DNA of 40,648 bases from Candidatus Phoenicimicrobium oleiphilum (GCA_039638295.1 JBDIWJ010000011.1:1-40648), one strand, 5' to 3'. Counted from the stretch's first letter, positions 1-9,933 are shown. Program-made: numbers and translations. Notes: generated from the letters alone by a model not told the origin.

Positions 1-88
1 AGAAGGAATAGAAAAAAGATGATATAGTGAAATGTTTTTTGTGGCGGAAAGCCGTACTACACAAGGAATTTCAAATAAAGTGGCGAAG

Positions 89-122
89 TTGACTTGACAA
101 GAGTAAAATTTTAGTATAATAT
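89..122 (+). promoter_or_regulatory. sigma70/sigmaA-type promoter of the arg operon leader
   Basis: TTGACT(89-94)-17-TAGTAT(112-117) and overlapping TTGACA(94-99) with TATAAT(115-120)/TAATAT(117-122), directly upstream of the T-box stem I. Confidence 0.7.
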
Positions 123-149
123 ATTTTCAAAATATCTAAAAGAATATTC

Positions 150-379
150 TAGTGAGGAAAAGTAGGTTATTTCCTGATTTAAAAAGAGAGAGATACAACT
201 GGTGAAAGTGTCTCAAGGGGAATAATCAAAAAGAGAACCTCAAGAAAATCTGGTTGGTTACCTTTAAAAACTTTTAATGAGTGGGGTAAATAATTTATCC
301 AATCCCAGGTGGCACCGCGAGATTCTATCTCGTCCTTTTATGATAATAGATATTATCAGGGGACGGGATTTTTTATTTT
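150..379 (+). ncRNA. Arg T-box riboswitch (stem I with AGA specifier, antiterminator, terminator)
   Basis: AGTA, AGAGA and GGTGAAA stem I motifs; specifier context AGA-A-CCTC (AGA at 234-236 = Arg); T-box AGGTGGCACCGCG at 307-319; terminator 327-379; precedes arg biosynthesis genes. Confidence 0.9.
327..379 (+). terminator. T-box intrinsic terminator 1
   Basis: ATCTCGTCCTT...GGGGACGGGAT stem followed by TTTTTATTTT. Confidence 0.85.
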
Positions 380-414
380 ATGTAAATAAAGGTGCCAGGC
401 ACTTTTGTTTACAT
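380..414. repeat. 35-bp near-perfect palindrome (TGTAAAYAAARGTGCC-W-GGCACTTTTGTTTACA family), copy 1
   Basis: ATGTAAATAAAGGTGCC A GGCACTTTTGTTTACAT; second copy at 5277-5313. Confidence 0.8.
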
Positions 415-417
415 TTT

Positions 418-524
418 TAAGAGGATAATTATTTACTCAACCCGGGTGGCACCACGGGAAATTATATCTCGTCCTTGATGATAATGGATAAAGAAATTAT
501 CGAAGGGGCGAGATTTTTTATTTT
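418..524 (+). ncRNA. Second, partial T-box (antiterminator + terminator, no stem I)
   Basis: AACCCGGGTGGCACCACG at 439-456, ATCTCGTCCTT...AAGGGGCGAGAT stem and T tract 466-524; clear paralogue of 301-379. Confidence 0.85.
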
Positions 525-549
525 CTAAAAAAAGTGGGGTGAATAGAAT

Positions 550-1614
550 ATGAAAAAATTAAAAGTAAGCATAATCGGGGCAACTGGTTATACAGGGAAG
601 GAGTTAGTAAAAATATTGATGAATCACCCAAAAGTGGAATTGGTTTATCTAACTTCTTCTACATATACAGGGGAAAATATAGCTGAGATTTTTCCTGAAT
701 TCCGGAATAAATTAGACCAAGCACTTATAAATCTTGATTTGGAGGTAGTATCTCGGGATTCAGATCTGGTGTTTACAGCCCTTCCTCATACAGTTTCTAT
801 GGAAGTGGTTTCTGAGTTATTTAAAAAAGGGGTTAAAGTGGTTGATTTAAGTGCAGATTATCGTCTGAAAGATTCTGCAGTGTATAAGGAATGGTATAAG
901 AAAGAGCATAACCAGATTAGTAAGGAACTATTAAATAATGCTGTTTATGGGTTACCAGAGATTTATTCAGACAAAATAAAGGTTACTTCTTTGGTAGCTA
1001 ATCCGGGCTGTTACCCTACCAGTATAATTTTAGGGATTGCTCCCTTATTAAAATATCATTTAGTAAAACCAGAAGGAATTGTTATTGATTCTAAATCTGG
1101 TACTACTGGGGCAGGGAGAAAATTATCTTTAGGCCTTCATTTCTCAGAGTGCAATGAAAATTTTAAGGCTTATAAAGTTATCAAACATAACCATATTCCA
1201 GAGATTGAGCAGGAGTTATCAGCTATTTATTTTAGTGAAAGTGAGTGTAGGCAGGAGAGGACAGAGATAAAGGTTTGTTTTACTCCCCATCTTCTTCCGA
1301 TTAATCGAGGAATTTTGTCTACCTGTTATTTGACTTTAAAGGAATCCAAAGAGGAAGGCGAGATTTTGGAGGTTTATCAAAAATTTTATCAGAATACACC
1401 ATTTGTGAGAATTTTTGAGCCACCTGATCTACCAGAAATAAAGTTTGTTTCAGGCACTAACTATTGTGATATCGGATTTAGTTTAGATAAAAGGGTGAAC
1501 AAGATAAAAGTAATTTCAGTTATTGATAATTTACTTAAAGGGGCTGCTGGCCAGGCGGTACAGAATATGAATATTATGTCTAGTTTCCCTGAAACTTGCG
1601 GGCTTAAATTTTAA
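550..1614 (+). CDS. argC: N-acetyl-gamma-glutamyl-phosphate reductase
   Basis: GATGYTG Rossmann motif, ANPGCYPT active site, DNLLKGAAGQAVQNMN. Confidence 0.97.
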   Translation: MKKLKVSIIGATGYTGKELVKILMNHPKVELVYLTSSTYTGENIAEIFPEFRNKLDQALINLDLEVVSRDSDLVFTALPHTVSMEVVSELFKKGVKVVDLSADYRLKDSAVYKEWYKKEHNQISKELLNNAVYGLPEIYSDKIKVTSLVANPGCYPTSIILGIAPLLKYHLVKPEGIVIDSKSGTTGAGRKLSLGLHFSECNENFKAYKVIKHNHIPEIEQELSAIYFSESECRQERTEIKVCFTPHLLPINRGILSTCYLTLKESKEEGEILEVYQKFYQNTPFVRIFEPPDLPEIKFVSGTNYCDIGFSLDKRVNKIKVISVIDNLLKGAAGQAVQNMNIMSSFPETCGLKF

Positions 1615-1686
1615 GTGAGATTTTAGAGAAAGAACGGTCGGATAAACCCAACCTTTATAAATTAGAAATGAAAGGATGTGATGATT

Positions 1687-2916
1687 ATGGCAGATATATT
1701 AGGTAAAAAAGATTTTCAAGTAATAAAAGAAGGTATAACTTACCCCCAGGGGATAAAGGCGGCAGGAATTAACTGTGGGATAAGATTAAATAAAAAGGAT
1801 TTGGCTTTAATCTATTCAGAAAAAGTAGCAGAGGCAGCGGCAATGTACACTACCAATAAATTTAAAGCTGCTCCTCTCATAGTTACAGAAAATAATTTAG
1901 TTAAATCACAAGGGAAGCTACAAGCAGTCGTAATAAATAGTGGGATAGCTAATGCCTGTACAGGAGAGAAAGGATTAAAGGATGCTTGGGAAATGATAAA
2001 CTATGTTTCAAAAGGTTTAAAAATTAAAGAGGAATACGTGGCAGTGGCTTCTACAGGAAAAATTGGTGAATTCTTGCCTTTAAAAAAGATAGAGGCTGGC
2101 TTAAAAGAAGCTGTTCCTATGCTAAGCATTTCAGGAGGTACGGAGGCAGCAGAGGCAATATTAACTACAGATACTAAAAAGAAAGAAGTAGCGGCCAGCT
2201 TTAAATTAGGCGAACAGCAAGTGAAAATTGGAGGTATGGCTAAAGGTTCGGGGATGATTCATCCTAATATGGCGACTATGTTGGCATTTATTACCAGCGA
2301 TGTATCTATTAGCCAGGGGCTACTTAAATATGCCTTACAGCAAGTAGTTGAAAAAACTTTTAATATGATTAGTGTCGATGGCGATACCAGTACCAATGAT
2401 ATGGTGATAGTAATGGCCAATGGCCTGGCGGGAAATCCAACAATTGAAGAGAAAGATGAAAATTATTATAAATTTTACCAGGCCTTATACTATGTAGCTG
2501 AGTATTTAGCCAAATGCATAGTTAAAGATGGAGAGGGAGCTACTAAGGTGATTGAGGTAGAAGTTCAAAATGCAGTATCTTTCAAAGAGGCTAAGAAGGT
2601 TGCTAAAGCGGTAATTAATTCCCCCCTGGTAAAGACCGCAATTTTTGGGAAAGACCCTAACTGGGGGAGAATACTGGCAGCAGTTGGTTATTCCGGGGCT
2701 GATATAGAACCAGATAAAGTCGACCTTTATTTAAAAGAAAAAATTATAGAAAATGGCCAACCTTTAGAGTTTTCTCGACAAGAGGTACATAAATACTTGG
2801 AATCTTCTGATGAAATCAAAATTATAATTGACCTTAAAATGGGAAAGGATAGCGCTACTGCCTGGGGGTGTGACTTAACCTATGATTATGTGAAGATAAA
2901 TACTAAGTACAATTAG
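1687..2916 (+). CDS. argJ: Ornithine acetyltransferase / N-acetylglutamate synthase
   Basis: GMAKGSGMIHPNMATML autocleavage motif, DGDTSTND, DGEGATK, WGCDLT; ORF track start 1678, ATG 1687 preferred (1681 possible). Confidence 0.97.
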   Translation: MADILGKKDFQVIKEGITYPQGIKAAGINCGIRLNKKDLALIYSEKVAEAAAMYTTNKFKAAPLIVTENNLVKSQGKLQAVVINSGIANACTGEKGLKDAWEMINYVSKGLKIKEEYVAVASTGKIGEFLPLKKIEAGLKEAVPMLSISGGTEAAEAILTTDTKKKEVAASFKLGEQQVKIGGMAKGSGMIHPNMATMLAFITSDVSISQGLLKYALQQVVEKTFNMISVDGDTSTNDMVIVMANGLAGNPTIEEKDENYYKFYQALYYVAEYLAKCIVKDGEGATKVIEVEVQNAVSFKEAKKVAKAVINSPLVKTAIFGKDPNWGRILAAVGYSGADIEPDKVDLYLKEKIIENGQPLEFSRQEVHKYLESSDEIKIIIDLKMGKDSATAWGCDLTYDYVKINTKYN

Positions 2917-2924
2917 TACGAGTA

Positions 2925-3116
2925 TAGTAATTAGTAATGAGTGATGAGTGATACTTAGAGTCTTGATTTATCAGGCCCACAAAATACGGGATACAGGGAG
3001 AATAAATACGAGATTTGCATCAACTAGTAAACTTGGCAAACGGCTAACCGGGAAACTGGGTAACTAAGTGACTAATAAAATTGATAAATCGGTAAATTGG
3101 AGAATTGATAAATTGA
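2925..3116. repeat. Mosaic of short tandem repeats between argJ and argB
   Basis: AGTRATR heptamers (2926-2952), AAC(T/C)GG-type octamers (3022-3066), AATYGRWR octamers (3079-3116). Confidence 0.7.
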
Positions 3117-3136
3117 AAGAAAGGGGGGTGATAGCA

Positions 3137-4015
3137 ATGAAAAAAGAAATAGATAAGCGGGGAGAAATTCTTTTGGAAGCCCTGCCTTATATTAAAAAAT
3201 TCTGGAATAAGATTGTAGTAATAAAATATGGTGGTAGTGCTATGCAGGATGAGAAATTAGAGAAACAGATTATAAAGGATGTCATCCTTTTGAAATATGT
3301 GGGGATGAAGCCAGTAATTATTCATGGCGGTGGACCGGAGATTTCTGCCGAGATGGAAAAAAGGAATAAAATTCCCCAATTTGTTAACGGATTGAGGGTA
3401 ACCGATGAGGAGACAATGGAAATAACCGAAATGGTCTTAACCGGAAAGATTAATACTCGCCTGGTAGCGGAAATTAATTTACATATTTCTGAGGGGCCTG
3501 GAAATGGAGTAAAAGGGATTGGCTTAAGTGGAGAGGATGCCCAGCTTTTGAGGGTTAAGAAACATCGGGTACCAGAATTAGGTTTAGTAGGAGAAGTAGA
3601 AAAAATTAATCCGGAGATATTGACCATTTTACTGGAGAAGAATTACATTCCAGTAATTGCTACGGTAGGAGTAGATGAGAAGGGAATTAGATACAACATT
3701 AATGCCGATACTGTAGCAGCTCAAATAGCCATTTCGTTACAGGCGGAAAAATTAGTATTTTTAACTGACGTAGATGGTATATTTAGAGATTATTCTGATA
3801 CCTCAACCCTGATTAGCAGTCTTAATATTAGTGAGGTAAAAAAACTGGTTAAATCAGGTTGTGTGCAAAAGGGAATGATTCCTAAGGTAGAATCAGCTAT
3901 TCAGGCCTTAGAAGGAGGGGTAAAGAAGGTCCACCTCTTAAATGGTAAATATCCGCATTCTATTTTGTTGGAAGTATTTACGGATAGCGGGATAGGAACA
4001 GAAATTATTACTTAA
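3137..4015 (+). CDS. argB: Acetylglutamate kinase
   Basis: VIKYGGSAM, HGGGPEI, GLRVTD, NINADT, GMIPKV; ATG 3137 follows AGGGGGGTGA RBS (the ORF-track extension to 3068 is repeat DNA). Confidence 0.97.
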   Translation: MKKEIDKRGEILLEALPYIKKFWNKIVVIKYGGSAMQDEKLEKQIIKDVILLKYVGMKPVIIHGGGPEISAEMEKRNKIPQFVNGLRVTDEETMEITEMVLTGKINTRLVAEINLHISEGPGNGVKGIGLSGEDAQLLRVKKHRVPELGLVGEVEKINPEILTILLEKNYIPVIATVGVDEKGIRYNINADTVAAQIAISLQAEKLVFLTDVDGIFRDYSDTSTLISSLNISEVKKLVKSGCVQKGMIPKVESAIQALEGGVKKVHLLNGKYPHSILLEVFTDSGIGTEIIT

Positions 4016-4098
4016 TCAAGGTAACCCAAATAATCAGAATAAAATTTGTGTAATCAATCATTATAAATCTTAGATTTGAATAAGGAGGTCTAAAAATT

Positions 4099-5283
4099 AT
4101 GAAGACTGAAGAATTAATAGAAAGGGGAAAAAAATATTTGATGCAGACTTACACCAGGCCGGCAATGGTTTTGGATAAAGGTGCGGGGACGAAAGTATGG
4201 GACCTGGAAGGCAAGCAATACTATGATTTTGTAGGTGGTATAGCGGTTAATGCCCTGGGTTATAGTCATCCTAAATTAGTTCAGGTAATTAAGGAACAGG
4301 CTGAAAAGTTAATCCATTGTTCTAATCTTTATTATAGTGAACCTCAGATAAATTTAGCCAAGATGTTAGTAGAACTATCCTGTGGGGATAAGGTGTTTTT
4401 TGGTAATAGTGGAGCAGAGGTAAACGAAGGAGCTATTAAGATTGCTATTAAATATTTTAAGAACCAAGGTGAGGATAAACACAGGATAATTTATATGAAA
4501 AATTCCTTTCATGGAAGAACCATTGCTACTCTGGCTGCTACTGGTCAATACAAATATCAGAAGGATTATCTTTCTATCCTGCCTAAATTCAAGGAGGCAA
4601 TATTTAATGACCTTGATTCGGTAAAGGCAGGAATTGACCAGGAAGTAGCAGCAGTATTGCTTGAGCCTATCCAGGGAGAAGGGGGCATAAATGTTGCCAC
4701 AGAGGAATTTATAAAGGGATTAAGAGAATTGTGTAACCAGGAAGGAATATTACTCATCTTCGATGAGATTCAATGTGGCCTGGGTAGAACTGGAAAGATG
4801 TTTGCCTACCAACATTATGGTGTAGAGCCAGATATTTTGACTATTGCTAAATCTTTAGGAGCAGGAATACCCATTGGAGCTTTGATTGCCAAGGAAAAAA
4901 TTGCTTCTTCTTTTAAACCTGGAGATCATGGGACTACTTTTGGTGGAAATCCCTTAGCCTGTGCAGCTGCAATAGCTAATTTAAAAGTTATACAAGAGGA
5001 AGATTTGGTTGGGAAATGTCAAGAAAAGGGAGAATACTTTAAAACTAAATTAGAAGGCCTTAAAGAAAAATATCCCCAGAAGATAAAAGAAATAAGAGGT
5101 TTAGGTTTAATGATTGGCGTGGAATTGGAAGAAGAAGGTCAGGAAATAGTCAAGAAATGTTTAGAAGAAGGAGTGCTAATTAATTGTACAGCGAAAAAAG
5201 TATTACGTTTTTTACCACCCTTAATCGTGCAAAAAGAGGAAATAGATTATTTAATAGATATTTTAAACAAAATCTTAATGTAA
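4099..5283 (+). CDS. argD: Acetylornithine aminotransferase (class III PLP)
   Basis: SFHGRT, EPIQGEGG, FDEIQCGLGRTG, AKSLGAG, HGTTFGGNPL; operon context. Confidence 0.95.
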   Translation: MKTEELIERGKKYLMQTYTRPAMVLDKGAGTKVWDLEGKQYYDFVGGIAVNALGYSHPKLVQVIKEQAEKLIHCSNLYYSEPQINLAKMLVELSCGDKVFFGNSGAEVNEGAIKIAIKYFKNQGEDKHRIIYMKNSFHGRTIATLAATGQYKYQKDYLSILPKFKEAIFNDLDSVKAGIDQEVAAVLLEPIQGEGGINVATEEFIKGLRELCNQEGILLIFDEIQCGLGRTGKMFAYQHYGVEPDILTIAKSLGAGIPIGALIAKEKIASSFKPGDHGTTFGGNPLACAAAIANLKVIQEEDLVGKCQEKGEYFKTKLEGLKEKYPQKIKEIRGLGLMIGVELEEEGQEIVKKCLEEGVLINCTAKKVLRFLPPLIVQKEEIDYLIDILNKILM

Positions 5284-5313
5284 ACAAAAGTGCCTGGCAC
5301 TTTTGTTTACATT
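5277..5313. repeat. 37-bp perfect palindrome, copy 2 (contains argD stop codon)
   Basis: AATGTAAACAAAAGTGCC T GGCACTTTTGTTTACATT, 18-bp perfect arms. Confidence 0.85.
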
Positions 5314-5335
5314 TTAATTTTATGGAGGAAGGAAG

Positions 5336-6553
5336 ATGAAAAAAGTGAAAAAAATAGTATTGGCTTATTCGGGAGGGTTAGATACTTCTGTAGCCATTAA
5401 ATGGCTAAAAGAAAATTATTGCGAAGAAGTGATTACGGTAGCAGTTGACGTGGGTCAGAATAGTGATTTAGAATATGTAAAGGAAAAAGCTCTTAAGATT
5501 GGAGCAAGTAAATCTTATATTATTGACGCTAAAGATGAATTTGTACACAATTATGTTTTGCCAGGATTACAAGCAGGTGCGGTTTATGAGTCACGCTATC
5601 CTTTAGCTACAGCCTATTCCCGACCATTAATTTCTAAGATATTAGTGGATTTTGCTGAGAAGGAAGAAGCAGAAGCCATCGCCCACGGTTGTACTGGAAA
5701 GGGGAATGACCAGGTAAGATTTGAAGTATCTATCTCTGCTTTAAATCCAAAATTGCAAGTAATTGCTCCAGCTCGAGAATGGGGGCTTACTCGAGAAGAG
5801 GAAATCGAATATGCTAAAAAGCACCAGATTCCTGTCCCTGTAGATGTGGATAATCCTTACAGTGTAGACCAGAATTTGTGGGGAAGGTCTATTGAATGTG
5901 GAGTATTAGAGGACCCTTGGATGGAACCACCAGAAGAAGGAGTTTACGAATGGACGGTAAACCCGGAAGACGCTCCTGGTAAACCAACTTATCTGGAGAT
6001 ACATTTTGAAAAGGGAGTGCCGCAGAGTATAAATGGAAAGGAGATGCCTCTGGTGGATCTAATTTTAAACTTGAACAAAATTGGAGGAGAAAACGGTGTA
6101 GGTCGGGTAGATATGGTAGAGAACAGATTGGTAGGAATCAAATCTCGAGAGATCTATGAATGTCCGGCAGCTACTATCTTGTTAAAGGCATATCAGTCTT
6201 TGGAAGGGTTAGTTTATCCTCGAGAATTATCTCATTTTAAAAAGATTATTTCCCAGAAGTATGCCGAATTAACTTACTATGGCCTATGGTATTCTGCATT
6301 AAAGGAAGCTCTGGATGGCTTTGTAAGAGCAATCAAGGATAAGGTGACTGGGACAGTGAAAGTTAAATTATTTAAAGGTAATTGTGTAGCAGTGGGCAGA
6401 AAATCTAAAAATTCTCTGTACGATTTTAATCTGGCTACTTATGACCAGGGAGATACTTTCAATCAGGATTTTGCTAAGGGATTTATAGAACTCTGGGGTC
6501 TGCCTACTAAGGTGTATTCTTCGGTGAATAGGAAAAGCAGTAATAAGAGATAA
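5336..6553 (+). CDS. argG: Argininosuccinate synthase
   Basis: [37 protein letters not shown]. Confidence 0.98.
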   Translation: MKKVKKIVLAYSGGLDTSVAIKWLKENYCEEVITVAVDVGQNSDLEYVKEKALKIGASKSYIIDAKDEFVHNYVLPGLQAGAVYESRYPLATAYSRPLISKILVDFAEKEEAEAIAHGCTGKGNDQVRFEVSISALNPKLQVIAPAREWGLTREEEIEYAKKHQIPVPVDVDNPYSVDQNLWGRSIECGVLEDPWMEPPEEGVYEWTVNPEDAPGKPTYLEIHFEKGVPQSINGKEMPLVDLILNLNKIGGENGVGRVDMVENRLVGIKSREIYECPAATILLKAYQSLEGLVYPRELSHFKKIISQKYAELTYYGLWYSALKEALDGFVRAIKDKVTGTVKVKLFKGNCVAVGRKSKNSLYDFNLATYDQGDTFNQDFAKGFIELWGLPTKVYSSVNRKSSNKR

Positions 6554-6673
6554 GTAATGAGTAATAAGTAATAAGTTTCAAGTTGCAGGTTTCTAGTTTG
6601 TCATCGCGAGGAGTATAACGACAAAGCAATCTCAATATTTCCTCCCCCCTGAGGGGGAGGATTAAGGTGGGTG
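6554..6673. repeat. Repeat mosaic between argG and argH
   Basis: AGTAATR heptamers, AAGTTKC heptamers, GTCATCGCGAGG...CGACAAAGCAATCTC REP-like unit (6600-6633), TCCTCCCCC-CTGA-GGGGGAGGA hairpin (6640-6661). Confidence 0.7.
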
Positions 6674-6681
6674 TGGAGAAG

Positions 6682-8073
6682 ATGAAAAAACTATGGGGTG
6701 GAAGATTTAAAAAGGGTATAAATAAAGAGATGGAAAAATTTATCTCTTCTCTCTCTTTTGATAAGAAATTAGTAAAACATGATCTCTTGGGGAGCATTGC
6801 CCATACCCAGATGTTAGGGAAATGTAAAATTATCACTCAAGAAGAAAAAGATAAGATTGTGAAAGGACTAAGGCAACTATTAAAAGAAGTGCAAGAGAAC
6901 AAGATAGAAATTGTTGCGGGAGAAGCAGAAGACATCCACTCCTGGGTGGAAAATAAATTAAAAGAAAAGATAGGGAAGGTAGCTGGGAAGTTACATATTG
7001 CCCGAAGCAGAAATGACCAGATAGCTCTTGATGAGCGGATGTATTTAAAAGAAGAGGTGCTAAAGATTCTGGATTTATTAAAAGATTTACAGAAATCTCT
7101 TTTGTCATCTGCTCAGAAGAACTTAGGGATAATTATGCCCGGATATACCCACCTACAGCATGCCCAGCCCCTCCTTTTTTCTCACCACCTGATGGCTTAT
7201 TTTTATATGTTTGAACGAGACAGGGGAAGAATGCAGGATTTATATAAAAGAATTGATGTTTTACCTTTAGGCTCTGCCGCATTAGCAGGCACTTCTTTTC
7301 CCATTGATAGAGAATATGTGGCCTCCCAGCTTGGCTTTAAAAAAATTTCCGAGAATAGCCTGGATGCGGTAAGTGATAGAGATTTTATTTTAGAATTTTT
7401 ATCGGCTTCCACTATCTTAATGATGCATTTAAGTCGTTTGGGAGAGGAATTAGTCTTATGGTCTACACCAGAGTTCAATTTTATAGAATTAGATGATTCT
7501 TTTTGTACCGGGAGCAGTATTATGCCTCAGAAGAAAAATCCTGATGCTGCAGAATTAATTAGAGGGAAAACTGGGCGGGTCTATGGAAATTTGATAAATC
7601 TTCTAACTATGATGAAGGCTTTGCCCTTAGCTTATAACCATGATATGCAAGAGGATAAAGAACCTTTATTTGATACAGTATCTACCTTGGAGAGTTCGTT
7701 ATTTTTAATGAGCAAAATGATAGAGACTATGTGGATTAACAAAGAAAAGATGGAGAAGGGAACCAAGGGTGATTTTTCTACCGCTACTGAATTAGCAGAT
7801 TATTTGGTAAAAAAAGGTTTATCTTTTAGAGAAGCCCATAAATTAGTTGGTAAAATCGTTCTATATTGTCTGGAAAATAAAAAAATTTTGGAGGAGTTAA
7901 CTCTTGCAGAATTGAGTTCTTTTCATAAAGATTTTAATGAAGACGCTTTAAAGATTTTAAAACCTGTATCTGCTGTTGAAGCAAAGGATTCATATGGCGG
8001 AACTTCTCTAAAGAGAGTCAAAGAGTCTATCCAGAAAGCTAAGAAAATATTAGAAGAAAATATTAATTGCTAA
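6682..8073 (+). CDS. argH: Argininosuccinate lyase
   Basis: KLWGGRF N-terminus, RSRNDQ, MPGYTHLQHAQP, GSSIMPQKKNPD; ATG 6682 preferred over GTG 6667. Confidence 0.98.
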   Translation: MKKLWGGRFKKGINKEMEKFISSLSFDKKLVKHDLLGSIAHTQMLGKCKIITQEEKDKIVKGLRQLLKEVQENKIEIVAGEAEDIHSWVENKLKEKIGKVAGKLHIARSRNDQIALDERMYLKEEVLKILDLLKDLQKSLLSSAQKNLGIIMPGYTHLQHAQPLLFSHHLMAYFYMFERDRGRMQDLYKRIDVLPLGSAALAGTSFPIDREYVASQLGFKKISENSLDAVSDRDFILEFLSASTILMMHLSRLGEELVLWSTPEFNFIELDDSFCTGSSIMPQKKNPDAAELIRGKTGRVYGNLINLLTMMKALPLAYNHDMQEDKEPLFDTVSTLESSLFLMSKMIETMWINKEKMEKGTKGDFSTATELADYLVKKGLSFREAHKLVGKIVLYCLENKKILEELTLAELSSFHKDFNEDALKILKPVSAVEAKDSYGGTSLKRVKESIQKAKKILEENINC

Positions 8074-8217
8074 AACTAAAATTAATTTTACTGTTTTTCT
8101 TATTTTAAAGGAATTTTATTTTTTGGATCTTTCCTTTGTTATCCCTTCGAAAAAACTCAACATAACTACTTTCTTTTATGATATTCTCTTCAGATAATTT
8201 AGGAATTGCTATTTTCT

Positions 8218-9933
8218 CTCGAGTTTGACAGTTATGCACAAATTTTAGGTATTTAATCCCCTCAAACCCTTGAAAAATAAGCGTTCTGTTTTTTATTCTC
8301 GTAAAAAGTACCACCAAACATGAATATTTATTTAACCTGGGGAGATTAGACCAAATCAAGAACAATCCCAGCTTTCAAAACCTGGCCCTGCGTCTTTTAG
8401 AATTATCCGGAGCAAAAGACCTGGTCAGCTTAGATATCATCTCGGATGCTCAAATAGTCAACGTGGGTTATATCGTTTACCAAAAGATATGGCAGGAATT
8501 TGGTTTAGATGACCTTTTGTTTCGGTTAAAAGATTCAGGTAAAACCCAGTTTGACTTGAGCAAGACCTGTTTTCTTATGACCATTCAGCATCTCCTGGAT
8601 CCTAAAAACAAGCTTAAAACATATAGTAACCAGCATCATTATGTAAGACTACCAGAAGTAAGGTTACACCAGTTGTATCGTTCCTTAGATATTCTTTGTG
8701 ACCACAAAGAAATACTGGAAGAAGAGATATTTTTTAAAAACCGTAACCTTTTCAATATACAGGTAGATGTAGTCTTTTACGATGTAACCAACTTTTCCTT
8801 TGAGAGTGTAAAACCAGATAGCTTAAGGGATTTTGGTTTTTCCAAGGATGGTAAATTCCAAGAGGTTCAAGTAGTCATGGGCCTTTTAATAGACCGGGAA
8901 GGAAGACCTATAGGGTATGATCTTTTCCCTGGTAACACCTTTGAGGGGAAAACCCTAGAAGAGGTCTTTTCAAAACTGGAAAAACGCTTTGGTATACGAA
9001 AGGTAATCATTGTGGCCAATAGAGGCGTAAACGGTAAGATAAACCTGAAAAAGATTACTGATAGAGGATATGACTACATATTTGCCTCTCGAATAAAAAA
9101 CCTGAAAAAAGAGGTAAGACCAGAAATATTTAAAGATGATTATCATAAGATGGGAGAAATCAGTTACAAGGTCATAAGCTATACAGATAAAATTAAAGAA
9201 GATCACCAAATCTACGAACTCCCTGAAGAACTCATTATCACCTATTCTCCCCAGAGGGCCCAGAAAGATAAAGCCGATAGAGAAAGACTGATTAAAAAAG
9301 CTAAAGTTTTACTTCAGAATAAATCCTCTATCACTGCCAGTAATAAAAGAGGGGGGGAAGAAATACCTAAGAAGTTCAAGAAAGGTAAGCTGGGTTCTTG
9401 ATGAAAAGGCGATTAGAAAAGATGAGATGTTTGACGGATATTATGCTATCCAGACCAGTGAAAGAAACCTTACCCCCCAAGATATCATTGAGGCCTACCA
9501 CAATCTATGGAAGATAGAAGAATCATTTCGGATAATGAAGACTACCCTTTCGGTAAGACCAGTCTTCCACTGGACCGAACCGAGGATAAAAGGTCATTTT
9601 GTGATCTGTTTTTAGCCTTTCTTTTGGAGAGTACCTTAGAATTCAAGCTGAAAAGGGCTCGTCTTAAAGTATCACCACCACAAATTCGATAAACCCTAAA
9701 TTCTATAAATTTTGCGGAAGTTAAGATAAAGCAGAAGAAGTTTTATCTTAAAACCAAGTTTATTACTTTGGGTAATAAGATTTTAAGGTTGTCACATATA
9801 AAACCACCCCCAAATGTTACTCCAGGTAGGGAGTTATCTTTGTAAAATAAAAAATGTAGTGCAAAAATATGCATTTTCATTTTTTATTTGTTGATAAATA
9901 AGGGGTTTTGTGAGATTAAGTGTCAAAGTCAGG
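8218..9933 (+). mobile_element. Degenerate IS1634-family insertion sequence
   Basis: Imperfect terminal IRs CTCGAGTTTGACAGTTA (8218-8234) vs reverse complement of right end CCTGACTTTGACACTTA (9917-9933), 13/17 match; encloses transposase remnant; no convincing target duplication. Confidence 0.75.
8286..9845 (+). pseudogene. IS1634-family DDE transposase pseudogene
   Basis: FYDVT, FGFSKDGK, QVVMGLL, FPGNTFE, DGYYAIQT, YHNLWKIEESFRIMK, RPVFHWT..RIKGH motifs split over 8463-9401, 9427-9615 and downstream; frameshifts at G tract ~9351-9357 and T tract ~9609-9613, in-frame TAA 9690-9692, no start codon for the frame open from 8274. Confidence 0.85.

Noticed and set aside
1..30. 3' end of an upstream gene
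   Set aside because: Too short to assign a frame or product
380..414. ArgR operator interpretation of the palindrome
   Set aside because: No match to the TGAAT-N4-ATTCA ARG box, and half copies occur outside arg genes
6507..6836. 109-aa minus-strand ORF and the other short antisense ORFs in the track
   Set aside because: Shadow ORFs opposite well-supported genes or through repeat DNA; no recognisable motifs
8105..8365. 86-aa minus-strand ORF
   Set aside because: Chimeric across the IS left end with no RBS; only the 3' part might be a gene remnant
9345..9365. Programmed frameshift in the transposase at the G tract
   Set aside because: IS1634 transposases are single ORFs, and the additional frameshift, stop and catalytic substitution indicate decay
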